A stretch of 64,000 bases of DNA from Spirochaetota bacterium (GTDB lineage Bacteria; Spirochaetota; UBA4802; JAFGDQ01): NCBI GenBank assembly GCA_043803405.1, contig JAZDKB010000027.1, forward strand, positions 1-64,000. The letters run 5' to 3'. Shown piece by piece: positions 32,701-42,100 of the stretch. Within the stretch, counting starts at the first letter, position 1. Every line of letters starts with the position of its first letter. The translations under genes were made by a program, and so were the position numbers. The notes below the pieces were generated by a model. That model ran no database searches. It worked only from the letters and a program-made list of their open reading frames with translations, and had not been told where the DNA came from.

Positions 32701-32771
32701 GCAAACACGGTGAGGGAACGACATTTGTGGTAAAATTAAAAACTGCAGATGGGGGAAGAAAACATGAGTGA
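29769..32771 (+). CDS. Cytoplasmic histidine kinase: PAS-PocR-PAS-PAS-GAF-HisKA-HATPase
   Basis: PocR pattern WQDICIKFHR...CIESD...YKCRNNMWDIATPLIVSGHHVGNIFSGQF; GAF; GHEIRNPL; LFTTK. Confidence 0.9.
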   Translation: MENKYCKTGQERIKNDDRYFRIIQAIPDAIFLLRAIDGVFLDINNAFEKLTGYPCEEILGRTYEQLPFFPKPGFSTQGFPVPEKNGEISEIETSLFRKDGRVARVLISSHRVEVDGEACCLNIAHEITGRRPTEEILPDSEELRQKLDAAVSPEIGKWNLELADIIDARVIQPLMDDFYNLARIPMAIVDLKGKVLVGVGWQDICIKFHRIHTETCKYCIESDLQLTSGVQPGEFRLYKCRNNMWDIATPLIVSGHHVGNIFSGQFFFDEEPLDYDLFRIQAKRYGFDEQAYISALEAVPRLSRESVNAGMSFLMKLAHMLSQLSYGNIRLARSLSERDALMESLQESEKRYRDLFDSVPVGIFRTSSEGRILDANTALVHILGYPDREALLAANAADMYLFREDRMQWQANADKEGVVHGFETRMRQPDGSIIWVRIRGRIVDDGQAIYNEGIMEDITERRKTETALRESEEKYRVLVESANDVVLIHKINEDGKPGHFLEVNEVACRRLGYSREEFSRLSPFELDDPKFRGQIPNIMESLRTRGYAVFETAHITKDGRSIPVEISTKAVNLKGEPYLISIARDITERKKAEARLRKESERGNILLSLYKESKMLADKQLYDYALDRAVSLTESAIGFFHLVSDDQQKVILTTWNTEALRNCTAAYNTHYAIDEAGNWVDCVRLKRPVVYNDFKNSPNRKGLPEGHTPVKRFMSVPVMEGDKVRIIFGVGNKVEEYDDNDIMHIQLVANELQKIINQRCIEATLKDAREELVRKEKLAVLGQLAGIVGHEIRNPLGVMSNAVYFLKTVISNPDEKVKEYLHIISQEIDNSHRIISDLLDFARTKTPQVRAVVVRELVTESLGKCLIPGNIESQTDIPDTLPKVNADPFQIGQVLQNLITNAIQAMPKGGKLRISAVSANETGFIEIRVSDTGEGISPENMEKLFQPLFTTKVRGIGLGLVVCKNQVEVNGGTITVESKHGEGTTFVVKLKTADGGRKHE

Positions 32772-33528
32772 TACAATAAGGGTGCTTGTGGTTGATGATG
32801 ACCAAAGGATGGCCAAAACCATCTATGATATTCTGATGATTAAAGGATATACTGCCATTGTGGCAAATAGCGGGGAGGAAGCGATAGAAAAAGTAAAGGC
32901 TGATGTGCCAGACTCCGTACTTATGGATATTAAAATGTCGGGTATTAACGGCATCGAAACACTTGCTGTCCTTAAAAAATTAGCGCCCGGTCTTCCTGTG
33001 ATACTTATGAGCGCGTACGCAACCGCGGAACAGGTCATTGAAGCAAAGCTATATGGGGCTTACACTGTTCTTAATAAACCGATAAATATCCTGGGAGTGC
33101 TCGCTTTCCTTTCATTGCTGAGAAAAGAAAAAAGCATCCTTATAGTCGACGATGATCCCGGCTTTTGTAGGACTATGGGGGGTGTTCTGGAATCGAAGGG
33201 CTATAAAGTTGAAACAGAAAATAACCCGGAGAATGTGATTGCCGATATGGACAGGGAGTACAAACTGGTCGTTTTGCTTAACATCAAACTTAATACTGTA
33301 GACGGCACTGATGTGCTTCGGGCAATACGCAGCAGATATCCTTCTAAGCCGGTAATCCTGGTCACCAATTGCAGGGAAGAAATGACGGATTCAATTGAAA
33401 AGGGATTTAAAATAGGCGCATATACCTGTTTGTATAAACCATTTGAGATAGACTATCTGGTTCATTGTATAGAGGAGATAGATAAAAAGAAAATTCAGGC
33501 TGTGCTGGGGGAAAAGATTGATATATAA
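32764..33528 (+). CDS. Tandem REC-REC response regulator
   Basis: REC1 VLMDIKM intact; REC2 VLLNIKL has Asn at the phospho-Asp position. ATG 32764 overlaps the upstream stop. Confidence 0.88.
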   Translation: MSDTIRVLVVDDDQRMAKTIYDILMIKGYTAIVANSGEEAIEKVKADVPDSVLMDIKMSGINGIETLAVLKKLAPGLPVILMSAYATAEQVIEAKLYGAYTVLNKPINILGVLAFLSLLRKEKSILIVDDDPGFCRTMGGVLESKGYKVETENNPENVIADMDREYKLVVLLNIKLNTVDGTDVLRAIRSRYPSKPVILVTNCREEMTDSIEKGFKIGAYTCLYKPFEIDYLVHCIEEIDKKKIQAVLGEKIDI

Positions 33529-33663
33529 ACATCACGCACAAAGCCGGGTGTCGATCACTGTTAATAGCAATACAAAATTTTGGGTGATAGTTTTATAAAC
33601 ATAATACCTTTGCTTTCGTACCGGGGCTCCGGAGAATTTTATATAACAGAAAGGAGAGTCATT

Positions 33664-34371
33664 ATGCAAAAACAGATGATTTTAATAATAGATGATGATT
33701 CGAATATCAGGAAAACCCTTTCCGACGTTCTGACTGTAAAAGGATTTGATGTGTCTTCCGCCTGCAATGGGGAAGAAGGTCTTGATTTGCTGAAACAAAT
33801 CCAGGCGAACCTGGTAATCGTTGATCTTGGACTTCCCGATATGCCCGGTCTGGATGTGTTAGGCAGGATTAAGGCAGATAATCCTTACACGGAAGCCATA
33901 ATACTTACCGGCAATGCGTCCCTCGATTCCGCAATTGAAGCGACAAACAGGGGGGCATTCTCCTACCTGACCAAGCCCTATGATATAGATCAGCTTTTGC
34001 TCCATATAAGACGCGCGCTTGAAAAACAGGAGTCCCAGGAAAAAATTGCAGCGCACAATATCGAGTTAGAGTATATAAACAAAATATTACGCGAGACGAA
34101 CGCGCAGCTTGCAAAAGAAGTTACTAAACGTATATGGGCGGAGGAGAAAAGAAAAAAACTAATCATTGAACTGAAAGACGCACTTTCTAAAATAAAGACA
34201 TTAAGCGGATTGCTTCCTATATGCGCTTCCTGTAAAAAAATACGAAATGACAAAGGTTATTGGGAACAAATCGAAGAATATATAAGCAACAGGTCAAATG
34301 CCGATTTTACTCACGGTATTTGCCCTGATTGTATGAAAAAACTGTATCCGGAATTCTGTAAAGACAAATGA
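33664..34371 (+). CDS. Response regulator with C-terminal CxxC...HGxCPxC putative metal-binding domain
   Basis: REC (IVDLGLP), coiled coil, LPICASCKKIR...WEQIEEY...THGICPDC. ATG 33664 follows AAAGGAG. Confidence 0.88.
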   Translation: MQKQMILIIDDDSNIRKTLSDVLTVKGFDVSSACNGEEGLDLLKQIQANLVIVDLGLPDMPGLDVLGRIKADNPYTEAIILTGNASLDSAIEATNRGAFSYLTKPYDIDQLLLHIRRALEKQESQEKIAAHNIELEYINKILRETNAQLAKEVTKRIWAEEKRKKLIIELKDALSKIKTLSGLLPICASCKKIRNDKGYWEQIEEYISNRSNADFTHGICPDCMKKLYPEFCKDK

Positions 34372-34389
34372 GTTAGGAAGATACGTGAA

Positions 34390-35775
34390 ATGCAAAGACA
34401 AACGATTTTTATAATAGACGATGACCCGAATATCGGGAAAACCCTGTCGGATATTTTAACCGCAAAAGGATACGATGTATCCGCAGCCGGGAGCGGGAAA
34501 GAAGGGCTTGATTTGCTGAAGCAAACTCCGGCGAACCTGGTAATTATTGATCTTGGGCTTCCCGACATATCCGGACTTGAGGTTTTAGGCATGATTAAGG
34601 CAGGCAATCCTTTTACGGAAGCCATAATCCTTACTGGTAACGCGTCTCTCGATTCCGCAATTGAAGCGACAAACAGGGGGGCATTCTCATATTTACTCAA
34701 ACCTTATGATATTGACCAGCTCATTGTACATATCAGACGCGCATTCGAAAAACAGCAGGCTCAGGAAGAAATAGCTTTGCACAACACCGAACTTAAGAAG
34801 ATTAATACTGAATTGCAGATTCTTAACGAGATATCGCTTGCAATCAGTAAAACAATCGAATTGAACGAATTGCTTCAGGGAGTCCTTCAGGTTATTGCCA
34901 ACATGGATATTTTTGAAACGAAGTCTGTCGGCGCCGCCTTTCTCGTGGAAGAAGGCCGGCTGCGTCTTGTCGCCTCTATTGGCTATCTCGATTCCGGGCC
35001 GGAGATCTGTAATGGCACCCGGACAGGTGAATGTCTTTGCGGTCTTGCAGTAAAAACCGGCCAAGTTTTAGTATCGAAAAATTCCGGTTCGGATGCCCGC
35101 CATTGTACTATGCGTACCGATATTGCCGATCATGGCCACATCATTATTCCTCTTAAGCTGCCGGGCAAGGTCATCGGGGTCATTTCTCTGCAAACCCATA
35201 CGGGCATGCAGGTCAGCGAGCAGACACTCAGACTGCTTTCCACGCTGGGAAATCAGATTGGAATTGCAGTCAACAATGCACATTTATATGAAGAAGCCAA
35301 GGATCATTCGCTTCACGATCCTTTGACCGGGCTTGCCAACAGGCGTTTCATGCAAATTGAACTGGAGAAAAAATTCAAATATGTGGAAAGATACGGCTGG
35401 CAACTGGCGATCATTATGATCGATATTGACTTTTTTAAAAAGTACAATGACGAACGAGGCCATGTCGAAGGCGACAGGCTCCTGGTCGCAGTGGCGAATT
35501 TGCTGCTTCGGGAAATAAGGACTTCCGATTACGTATTCAGATACGGCGGCGAAGAATTTTTGATTATCTTCCCGCGATCCGACAGGGCATTACTGCTGGA
35601 AGCAGCCGAAAGACTCAGAAAGTCCGTAGAAACAAACACGGAAGTCACGATCAGCATAGGTATTGCTATGTGGCACAAGGATATGGCAAACATTCAGTCT
35701 CTTATTGCCAGTGCCGATACTGCGCTTTACAAGGCAAAACAGGAAGGACGAAACAGGGTAATTCTTGCGGAGTGA
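34390..35775 (+). CDS. REC-GAF-GGDEF diguanylate cyclase
   Basis: HDPLTGLANRR, DIDFFKKYND, RTSD I-site, RYGGEEF active site. Confidence 0.93.
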   Translation: MQRQTIFIIDDDPNIGKTLSDILTAKGYDVSAAGSGKEGLDLLKQTPANLVIIDLGLPDISGLEVLGMIKAGNPFTEAIILTGNASLDSAIEATNRGAFSYLLKPYDIDQLIVHIRRAFEKQQAQEEIALHNTELKKINTELQILNEISLAISKTIELNELLQGVLQVIANMDIFETKSVGAAFLVEEGRLRLVASIGYLDSGPEICNGTRTGECLCGLAVKTGQVLVSKNSGSDARHCTMRTDIADHGHIIIPLKLPGKVIGVISLQTHTGMQVSEQTLRLLSTLGNQIGIAVNNAHLYEEAKDHSLHDPLTGLANRRFMQIELEKKFKYVERYGWQLAIIMIDIDFFKKYNDERGHVEGDRLLVAVANLLLREIRTSDYVFRYGGEEFLIIFPRSDRALLLEAAERLRKSVETNTEVTISIGIAMWHKDMANIQSLIASADTALYKAKQEGRNRVILAE

Positions 35776-35824
35776 AAGTTCTGGTCTGTTTTTTCTGCAT
35801 AGTAAAAAATCCGGATTGTCTTCT

Positions 35825-38665
35825 TTATATTTTTTCCTCAATTATTTCTCTAACAGTCTTTAGAATCCTCTCCGGCGTAAAAGGTTTCTGAATAAAATAT
35901 CTTGCACCTGCTTCATAAAGCCTTGCTTTTAAATCCGGGTTTATGTATCCGCTTATCATAATTATTCTGGCATTCGGGTTCATTGCTTTTATTTGTTTAT
36001 ACACTTCTTCACCGTCCATCCGCGGCAGGCCTATATCGGATATTACGACGTTTATGTTCCCGATGTAATTCCGGTATGCCGTTATGCCCTGCAGGCCGTC
36101 AAAAGCAGTTATGACTTTATATCCTTTTAAAACAAGTATTGTTGTCAGCAGTTCATTGTCCTGTTTTTCATCTTCAATAAGAAGAATGGTTTCCGTGCCC
36201 CGCGGAATATCAGCACCTGTTTTTGTGACAATTTGCTGGATTTCCGGTGTTTTTAGTTGCGCAGGCAGGTAAATAAAAAAGGTCGTTCCCTGCCCGATTT
36301 CGCTTGTAAGCTCAATAAAACCGCCATGATTTTTTATTATTCCAAATACAAGGGCAAGTCCCAGTCCCGTACCCTTTCCTTTCTCTTTTGTGGTAAAAAA
36401 CGGATCAAAGATTTTTTGTTTAACCGTTTCGTCTATCCCTGTTCCGGTATCTGCAACCTGTATCTCCACATAGTCCCCGGTTTCTGCAATGGGATTTTTT
36501 ACTCTTACCGTGCCGTTGTTTACACGCTTTGTCCTGATTGTTATTGTACCCCCTAACGGCATCGCATCGCGCGCATTTACGCAAAGATTAAGGAATATCT
36601 GGTGGATCTGGGTGCTGTCTCCGGTGATCAAAGGAAGCTCTTCCTGGAGTTCACATTTTATCTCAATTGTTTTAGGAAATGTTTCTTTAAGAAGTCTGCT
36701 GATTTCAGTAATAATATTGTTTACCTGTACGGACTGGAATACACTTTCCGATTTTCGTGCGAAGGTGAGCAGTTGCTTTACAAGATCCGCGCCCCGCCAG
36801 CCTGCATCCAGAATATTTTCAGCGCTTTTTAGCAGTTCACTGTCGTTAATATCCGACTGTTTAATTAATGACGCGTATCCCATGATTATATTCAGAATAT
36901 TGTTAAAATCATGAGCAATCCCGCTTGCCATTGTGCCAAGGCTTTCAAGTTTCTGTGCCTGGATAAGCTGGGCTTCCAGTTTTTTTCGTTCCGATTCGTT
37001 TTGAGTCAATGCGGTAATGTCCCTTGCTACGGCAAATATCTGGTTTACTTCCGGGAGTGTAACCATATTCCATGACAGCCATTTGTATGTCCCGTCCTTG
37101 CACATAATGCGGTTTAAATAATTGCTTATAAGATGTTCGTCAGTCATCAATCTTTTGCCGATTTCGAAAGTCGATTCACGGTCTTCGGGATATACGATTT
37201 TTATAAATGGTTTTGCCATCAGTTCATCGTTTGACCAGCCAAGGGTCTTTTCCCATGCAGGGTTGATTTGTACAAGATATCCGTTAAATCTTATAATGCA
37301 CATCATATCAATGGAGTAATTGAAAAGACGGTCCCGTTCCTCCTCGATTTTTTGTTTTTGTTTATCGCGTTCTATTATGTCAATGCAGTAGGATATATCG
37401 GAGGACAGTTCTTCAAGGAGCTTTATTTCGTCTTCATCGAAAAAATCGGATTTTGAAGAATAAAAAATAATTATGCCGTAAACGCTGCCGGACTTTCTAA
37501 AAGGAAAGGCTGCCGCGGAATTGTATCCAAGTTCCAGCGCTTTATTTTCGCAGGGAATATCTTTCCCTTCTGTTCCAATATTATTGCATACGCTGTATTT
37601 ATTTTCCCTGAAAGCGGTTTCCGCAAGCCTGCAGGTTTTCAGCTCATAAGCAGATACTATATCGTTTTTATCTTTGGAAATACTGCATTGCGCTATTGTA
37701 GTTAACCGGTCAAATCCGTTTTTTGTTATACCGATCCTGCAAAATTTAAATCCTCCTGTATCGACTGCGATCCTGCAAGCGGATTCAAACAGCTTTTGCT
37801 CATCATCAGTACGTACAATTGCCTTGTTGATCTCGGATAAAACAGCATACAGCCTGTTCAGTTTATTTACTTTTTCTTCCGCTGTTTTTCGTTCGGTAAT
37901 GTCGTGAATTATGCTGTGAAGGAGATCCTTTCTCCGTACCCTGATATTGCTTGTGAGAACTTCCACATCACGGATGGAGCCGTCGGCTCTCCTGTGCCTG
38001 AATTCAAAATTAATTTTCTTTTGAGCCAATACTATTTTCATGGCGTTTTTTACTTCGTCCGGAGGAAGGGTATTGATGTCCTGAATCTTCATGCTCGTAA
38101 TCCGCTCATACGGCCAGCCGTAATAGTTCACTGCTGCTTCATTCGCATCTATAATGTTACCTGTATGCGGATCTATTAAAAGCTTAATTGCAGCGTGATA
38201 TTTAAATAAATTTTTAAACAGTTCCTCGCTTTTAAGCAGCGCTTCTTCTGCCCGCACGCGCGTTTCTTTTTCCTTTGCTTCATCAAGCGCCCGTTTTATC
38301 GCAAAAGGAAGCCTTTTAGGTTTATCTTTCAGGACATAATCTACCGCACCCTGTTTAATAAGTTCGATCGCTATTTCCTCGCCTATTGAACCCGAGACAC
38401 AGATAACAGGAACATTAGGGCATATCTCGCTGGATAAACGAAGCGCGTTGAAGGCGTCGTATCCGGGCAGTTTAAAATCGGCCAGGATTAAATCGTATTT
38501 ATTGTTAAGCAGCGATGATTTGAAATCATCTTCGCGGTCAACCCGCGTAATATTAAAGTTAAACCCTGCAACCGACAACTGCTCGCAGATCAATTCAAAG
38601 TCTTTCACGGAGTCTTCAAGCGAAAGAATATTTAACTTTGTTCCGCTTTTAAGATTATCATTCAT
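35825..38665 (-). CDS. REC-PAS-GAF-PAS-HisKA-HATPase-REC hybrid kinase (CckA-like core)
   Basis: GIAHDFNNIL, NLCVNARDAM, PFFTTK, two REC domains; ATG 38665 overlaps the upstream RR stop. Confidence 0.92.
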   Translation of the reverse strand: MNDNLKSGTKLNILSLEDSVKDFELICEQLSVAGFNFNITRVDREDDFKSSLLNNKYDLILADFKLPGYDAFNALRLSSEICPNVPVICVSGSIGEEIAIELIKQGAVDYVLKDKPKRLPFAIKRALDEAKEKETRVRAEEALLKSEELFKNLFKYHAAIKLLIDPHTGNIIDANEAAVNYYGWPYERITSMKIQDINTLPPDEVKNAMKIVLAQKKINFEFRHRRADGSIRDVEVLTSNIRVRRKDLLHSIIHDITERKTAEEKVNKLNRLYAVLSEINKAIVRTDDEQKLFESACRIAVDTGGFKFCRIGITKNGFDRLTTIAQCSISKDKNDIVSAYELKTCRLAETAFRENKYSVCNNIGTEGKDIPCENKALELGYNSAAAFPFRKSGSVYGIIIFYSSKSDFFDEDEIKLLEELSSDISYCIDIIERDKQKQKIEEERDRLFNYSIDMMCIIRFNGYLVQINPAWEKTLGWSNDELMAKPFIKIVYPEDRESTFEIGKRLMTDEHLISNYLNRIMCKDGTYKWLSWNMVTLPEVNQIFAVARDITALTQNESERKKLEAQLIQAQKLESLGTMASGIAHDFNNILNIIMGYASLIKQSDINDSELLKSAENILDAGWRGADLVKQLLTFARKSESVFQSVQVNNIITEISRLLKETFPKTIEIKCELQEELPLITGDSTQIHQIFLNLCVNARDAMPLGGTITIRTKRVNNGTVRVKNPIAETGDYVEIQVADTGTGIDETVKQKIFDPFFTTKEKGKGTGLGLALVFGIIKNHGGFIELTSEIGQGTTFFIYLPAQLKTPEIQQIVTKTGADIPRGTETILLIEDEKQDNELLTTILVLKGYKVITAFDGLQGITAYRNYIGNINVVISDIGLPRMDGEEVYKQIKAMNPNARIIMISGYINPDLKARLYEAGARYFIQKPFTPERILKTVREIIEEKI

Positions 38666-39113
38666 CCTGTGTTCCTTTTTCAGGTGGCAGTTCATTAAGC
38701 ATTGCCCAGAATATTCCTATATGTTTAACTGCATCAATAAAACTCTTGAAGCTAACCGGCTTTACAACATAAGCATTTACCCCAAGTTCATAACACGTTT
38801 TCAAATCCGGTTCCTCCCGTGATGACGTAAGCATAACTACAGGAAGCGTTTTAAGTTTCTTGTCGCTTCGGATACTTTTTAATACTTCAATCCCGTTCAT
38901 GCGCGGCATTTTAATATCGAGAAGCAGCACTGCCGGATTCCCCGGCCTGCGGTCTTTGAATTTTCCTTCATAATGCAGGTATTCAAGCACTTCTATGCCG
39001 TCTTTTACTGTAATTACCTGGTTGGCAAGATTATGTTCAGCAAGGGCTTCAATAGTTAATTCCACATCTTTTGGATTGTCTTCAGCCATCAATATTATTT
39101 TCAGTTCGACCAT
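38658..39113 (-). CDS. Single-domain response regulator (Rcp1-like)
   Basis: AEDNPKD, LLDIKMP, LTSS, KPV, FW tail typical of Rcp1-type receivers. Confidence 0.92.
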   Translation of the reverse strand: MVELKIILMAEDNPKDVELTIEALAEHNLANQVITVKDGIEVLEYLHYEGKFKDRRPGNPAVLLLDIKMPRMNGIEVLKSIRSDKKLKTLPVVMLTSSREEPDLKTCYELGVNAYVVKPVSFKSFIDAVKHIGIFWAMLNELPPEKGTQDE

Positions 39114-39115
39114 GG

Positions 39116-42100
39116 TTAATCCTCCTTGTTCTTAGGCAGAGAAAAATAAAATACTGCACCTTTATCCGTTTCGCCTTCGGCCCATGTGCGGCCTTTGTGC
39201 CGCAGGATGATGCGGCGCACATTCGCAAGGCCGATCCCTGTTCCTTCGTAATCTTCAACAGAATGAAGCCGCTGGAAGACTCCGAACAATTTATCCGCGT
39301 ATTGCATATCGAAACCGGCACCGTTATCGCGGACAGAAAATACACACTCTTTTTCTTCTGCGCTGTATCCGATTTCAATCTTCCCTTTTTTCTTTTTACG
39401 CGTAAATTTAACGGCATTGCTTAATAAATTGTACCATACAAGTTTAAGCAGATTATAATCCCCGCATACGGACGGCAATACCGGTATGGTCCACGTAATT
39501 TCCCGGTTCCCGCTGTCTTTTTTAACAGCATCCAGGACTTCCTGCAGCAGGCCGTTCATTTCAAATTCAACTAAATGCATCTCCTGCCTGCTTGTTCTGG
39601 AGAACTGCAGCAGATCGTCTATCAGCTGTCCCATTTGCTTTATGGAATCCGCGATTGAATCCAGATAGTGCTTCCCTTTTTCCGGCAACGAATCCGGGAA
39701 TCGGCTGGCGAGCAACTCCATGTACCCGCTAATGTGCCGCAGCGGCGCGCGCAGGTCGTGCGAGACCGAATAACTGAAAGCTTCCAGTTCTTTGTTTGTA
39801 GCTTCAAGCTGGGCTGTACGCAATGAAACTTTTTCTTCCAGCTTCTCATTCAGTGCGCGGATTTCTTCTTCTGCTTGTATGCGCAGGATGGCTGTGCCCA
39901 ATTGCATCCCTGCTTTTTCCAGTATTTCGACTATATACAAAGGCACCTTATTTTCTGAAGTATCCGCTACGTGAATAAGGCCGAGAATATGGTACTTGAA
40001 CCTGATCGGGATAAGGGCAACTGATTCATAACCCACCTGATTGCATACATTGCGTGTCTTTCCTTTATCTTCTTCTGAAACTGTAGCGAGAAATCTGGTC
40101 GTTCCGTTCATATAGAATGATCCGCCAGCTGTGTAAAACGGCAATTTGGCATCAGTTGTCCCTTTTATAACATTAATACACATGCAATTATCCGATTTAA
40201 TGCTAAGCGGGCTTTCTTTTTCATAAAAATCCCGGCTAAACCCCAAATAAGTAAGATATGGGATATTGCCTTCCTGATCGAGAATACGTATTCCGACTGC
40301 ATTGCATGTAGTATAATTCTTTATCTCTTTGACAAATTCGTCCAGTAAAGGAGAAAGTTCCATATTTGTATAAGCGATTTGGAGAAATCGAGTAGATGCT
40401 TTCAAAGACTCTTCCGCCTGTTTGCGCGCAGTTATATCCTGCATGGCGTGGAGCGCGAACTGCTGACCGCCGATCGTCACTGTGTTGATGCTTGTCAGAA
40501 TTGTGAGCGCATCGCCGGATTTTGTGTACAAAGTCCGTTCAATATTCTGGACTGTATTATGCGTATGAAGTTCTTTAACAATGCGTTCACGGGCTTCGAT
40601 TTCGCGGTTAATCTCGAGTTCGATCGAATTTTTCCCGATAACTTCTTCTTTTGTAAAACCGAAAAGCCTCAGCCACGCGTCATTGACATCCACGAATTTA
40701 TGATCCGGGTACTGTGACAGCAGTACAGGGAGCGAGCTTTTATTGAATAAAATAGAAAATTTCTCTTCGCTTCTGTGCAGGGCTTCCTCTGCTTGTTTGC
40801 GTGCAGTGATCACTTCGGAAAATAGAATTATTCCGCCGATTTTTTCCGGATATTCGTACCATGGACGGACTTCCCATCTTACCCAGTCTGTTCTGCCGTC
40901 ACTTCTTGGAAAGGGATCTTCTTCGCTCCGTTCTATTGCCCCTGCTAAACAGTGACGATGTATTTCTTTAATTCTGTCAGGTATCTCCGGGAATATATCG
41001 TAATGGGACTTTCCAGTTATATCCATGCTGCCAAGATTATAATCTTCAAGAAAACGGTTGCTTGCAGTTATATATTTCATTTCATTGTCAAACATTGCTA
41101 TTGCTGCCGGAGCGTGTTCTATAAAAAGCTGAAGCTGAAGCTTGGTTTTCCGGAGCGAAATTTCCGCCTGCTTGCGTTCCGTAATAACATCGAATACCGC
41201 AACAAAATATTCCCTGGCCGGGCTGTAAACTGATATCGAAAACCACATCTTTAAGGCCTCAACATATATCTCAAATGATTCAGGTTTTCCTCCAAGAGCC
41301 ACCCTGCCGTATAAATCAAATAGTTTCGGATCACTTTCATAAATGCCCGGGATAACCTTGCTGACTTTTTTCCCTGTCACATTTTTAAGTCCCGTATGTT
41401 TCTCGAATGACGGATTAACAGCAAGGTATATGAAATCAACAGGCCGGTTATTCTCGAATAACATTTTGCAGTAAGCGAATCCGTTGAGCATGTTTTCAAA
41501 AAGAGAGTGGTAAAGTGTTTCGCTTTCCTGCAAAGCCTTTCTCGATGCCCGTTCTTCGGACTGGTCGCGGAAAACAAGCACAACACCGGAAATTTCACCT
41601 GCTTCGTTCCTTACAGGCGCGCCGCTGTCTGCTATTGGGATATCCCTGCCGTCCTTCGAAATCAGCAGCGTATGATTGGCAAGTCTTATTATAAGGCCTT
41701 CTTTCAGGACTCTTACTACAGGGTTCTCAATCGTTTCCCTGGTTACTTCATGGATTATTCTGAAAATTTTTTCAAGAGGAAGGCCTTTGCCTTCGGCTTC
41801 ATTCCAGCCGGTTAACTGTTCAGCTACAGGGTTCATTCTGTTGATGAGCCCGCTTATGTCGGTTGTAATTACCGCGTCGCCTATACTGTATAAAACGGTT
41901 TTGTGTTCTTCCTGCGTCTTCCTAAGTTCAATTTCTTTGTTGAGCAGTTTCTCAAGAGTTTTTTTCTGTCCGGAATTATATTTTAAGGAAAAGGCGGTGC
42001 CTGTTAAAATGATCAGTGCAATTGTGAACAGGCTGATAATAATTGCCCTGAAGTAGAGCTCGCTGTAAATTTCGCTTTTATCAACCTTGGCTATCATAAA

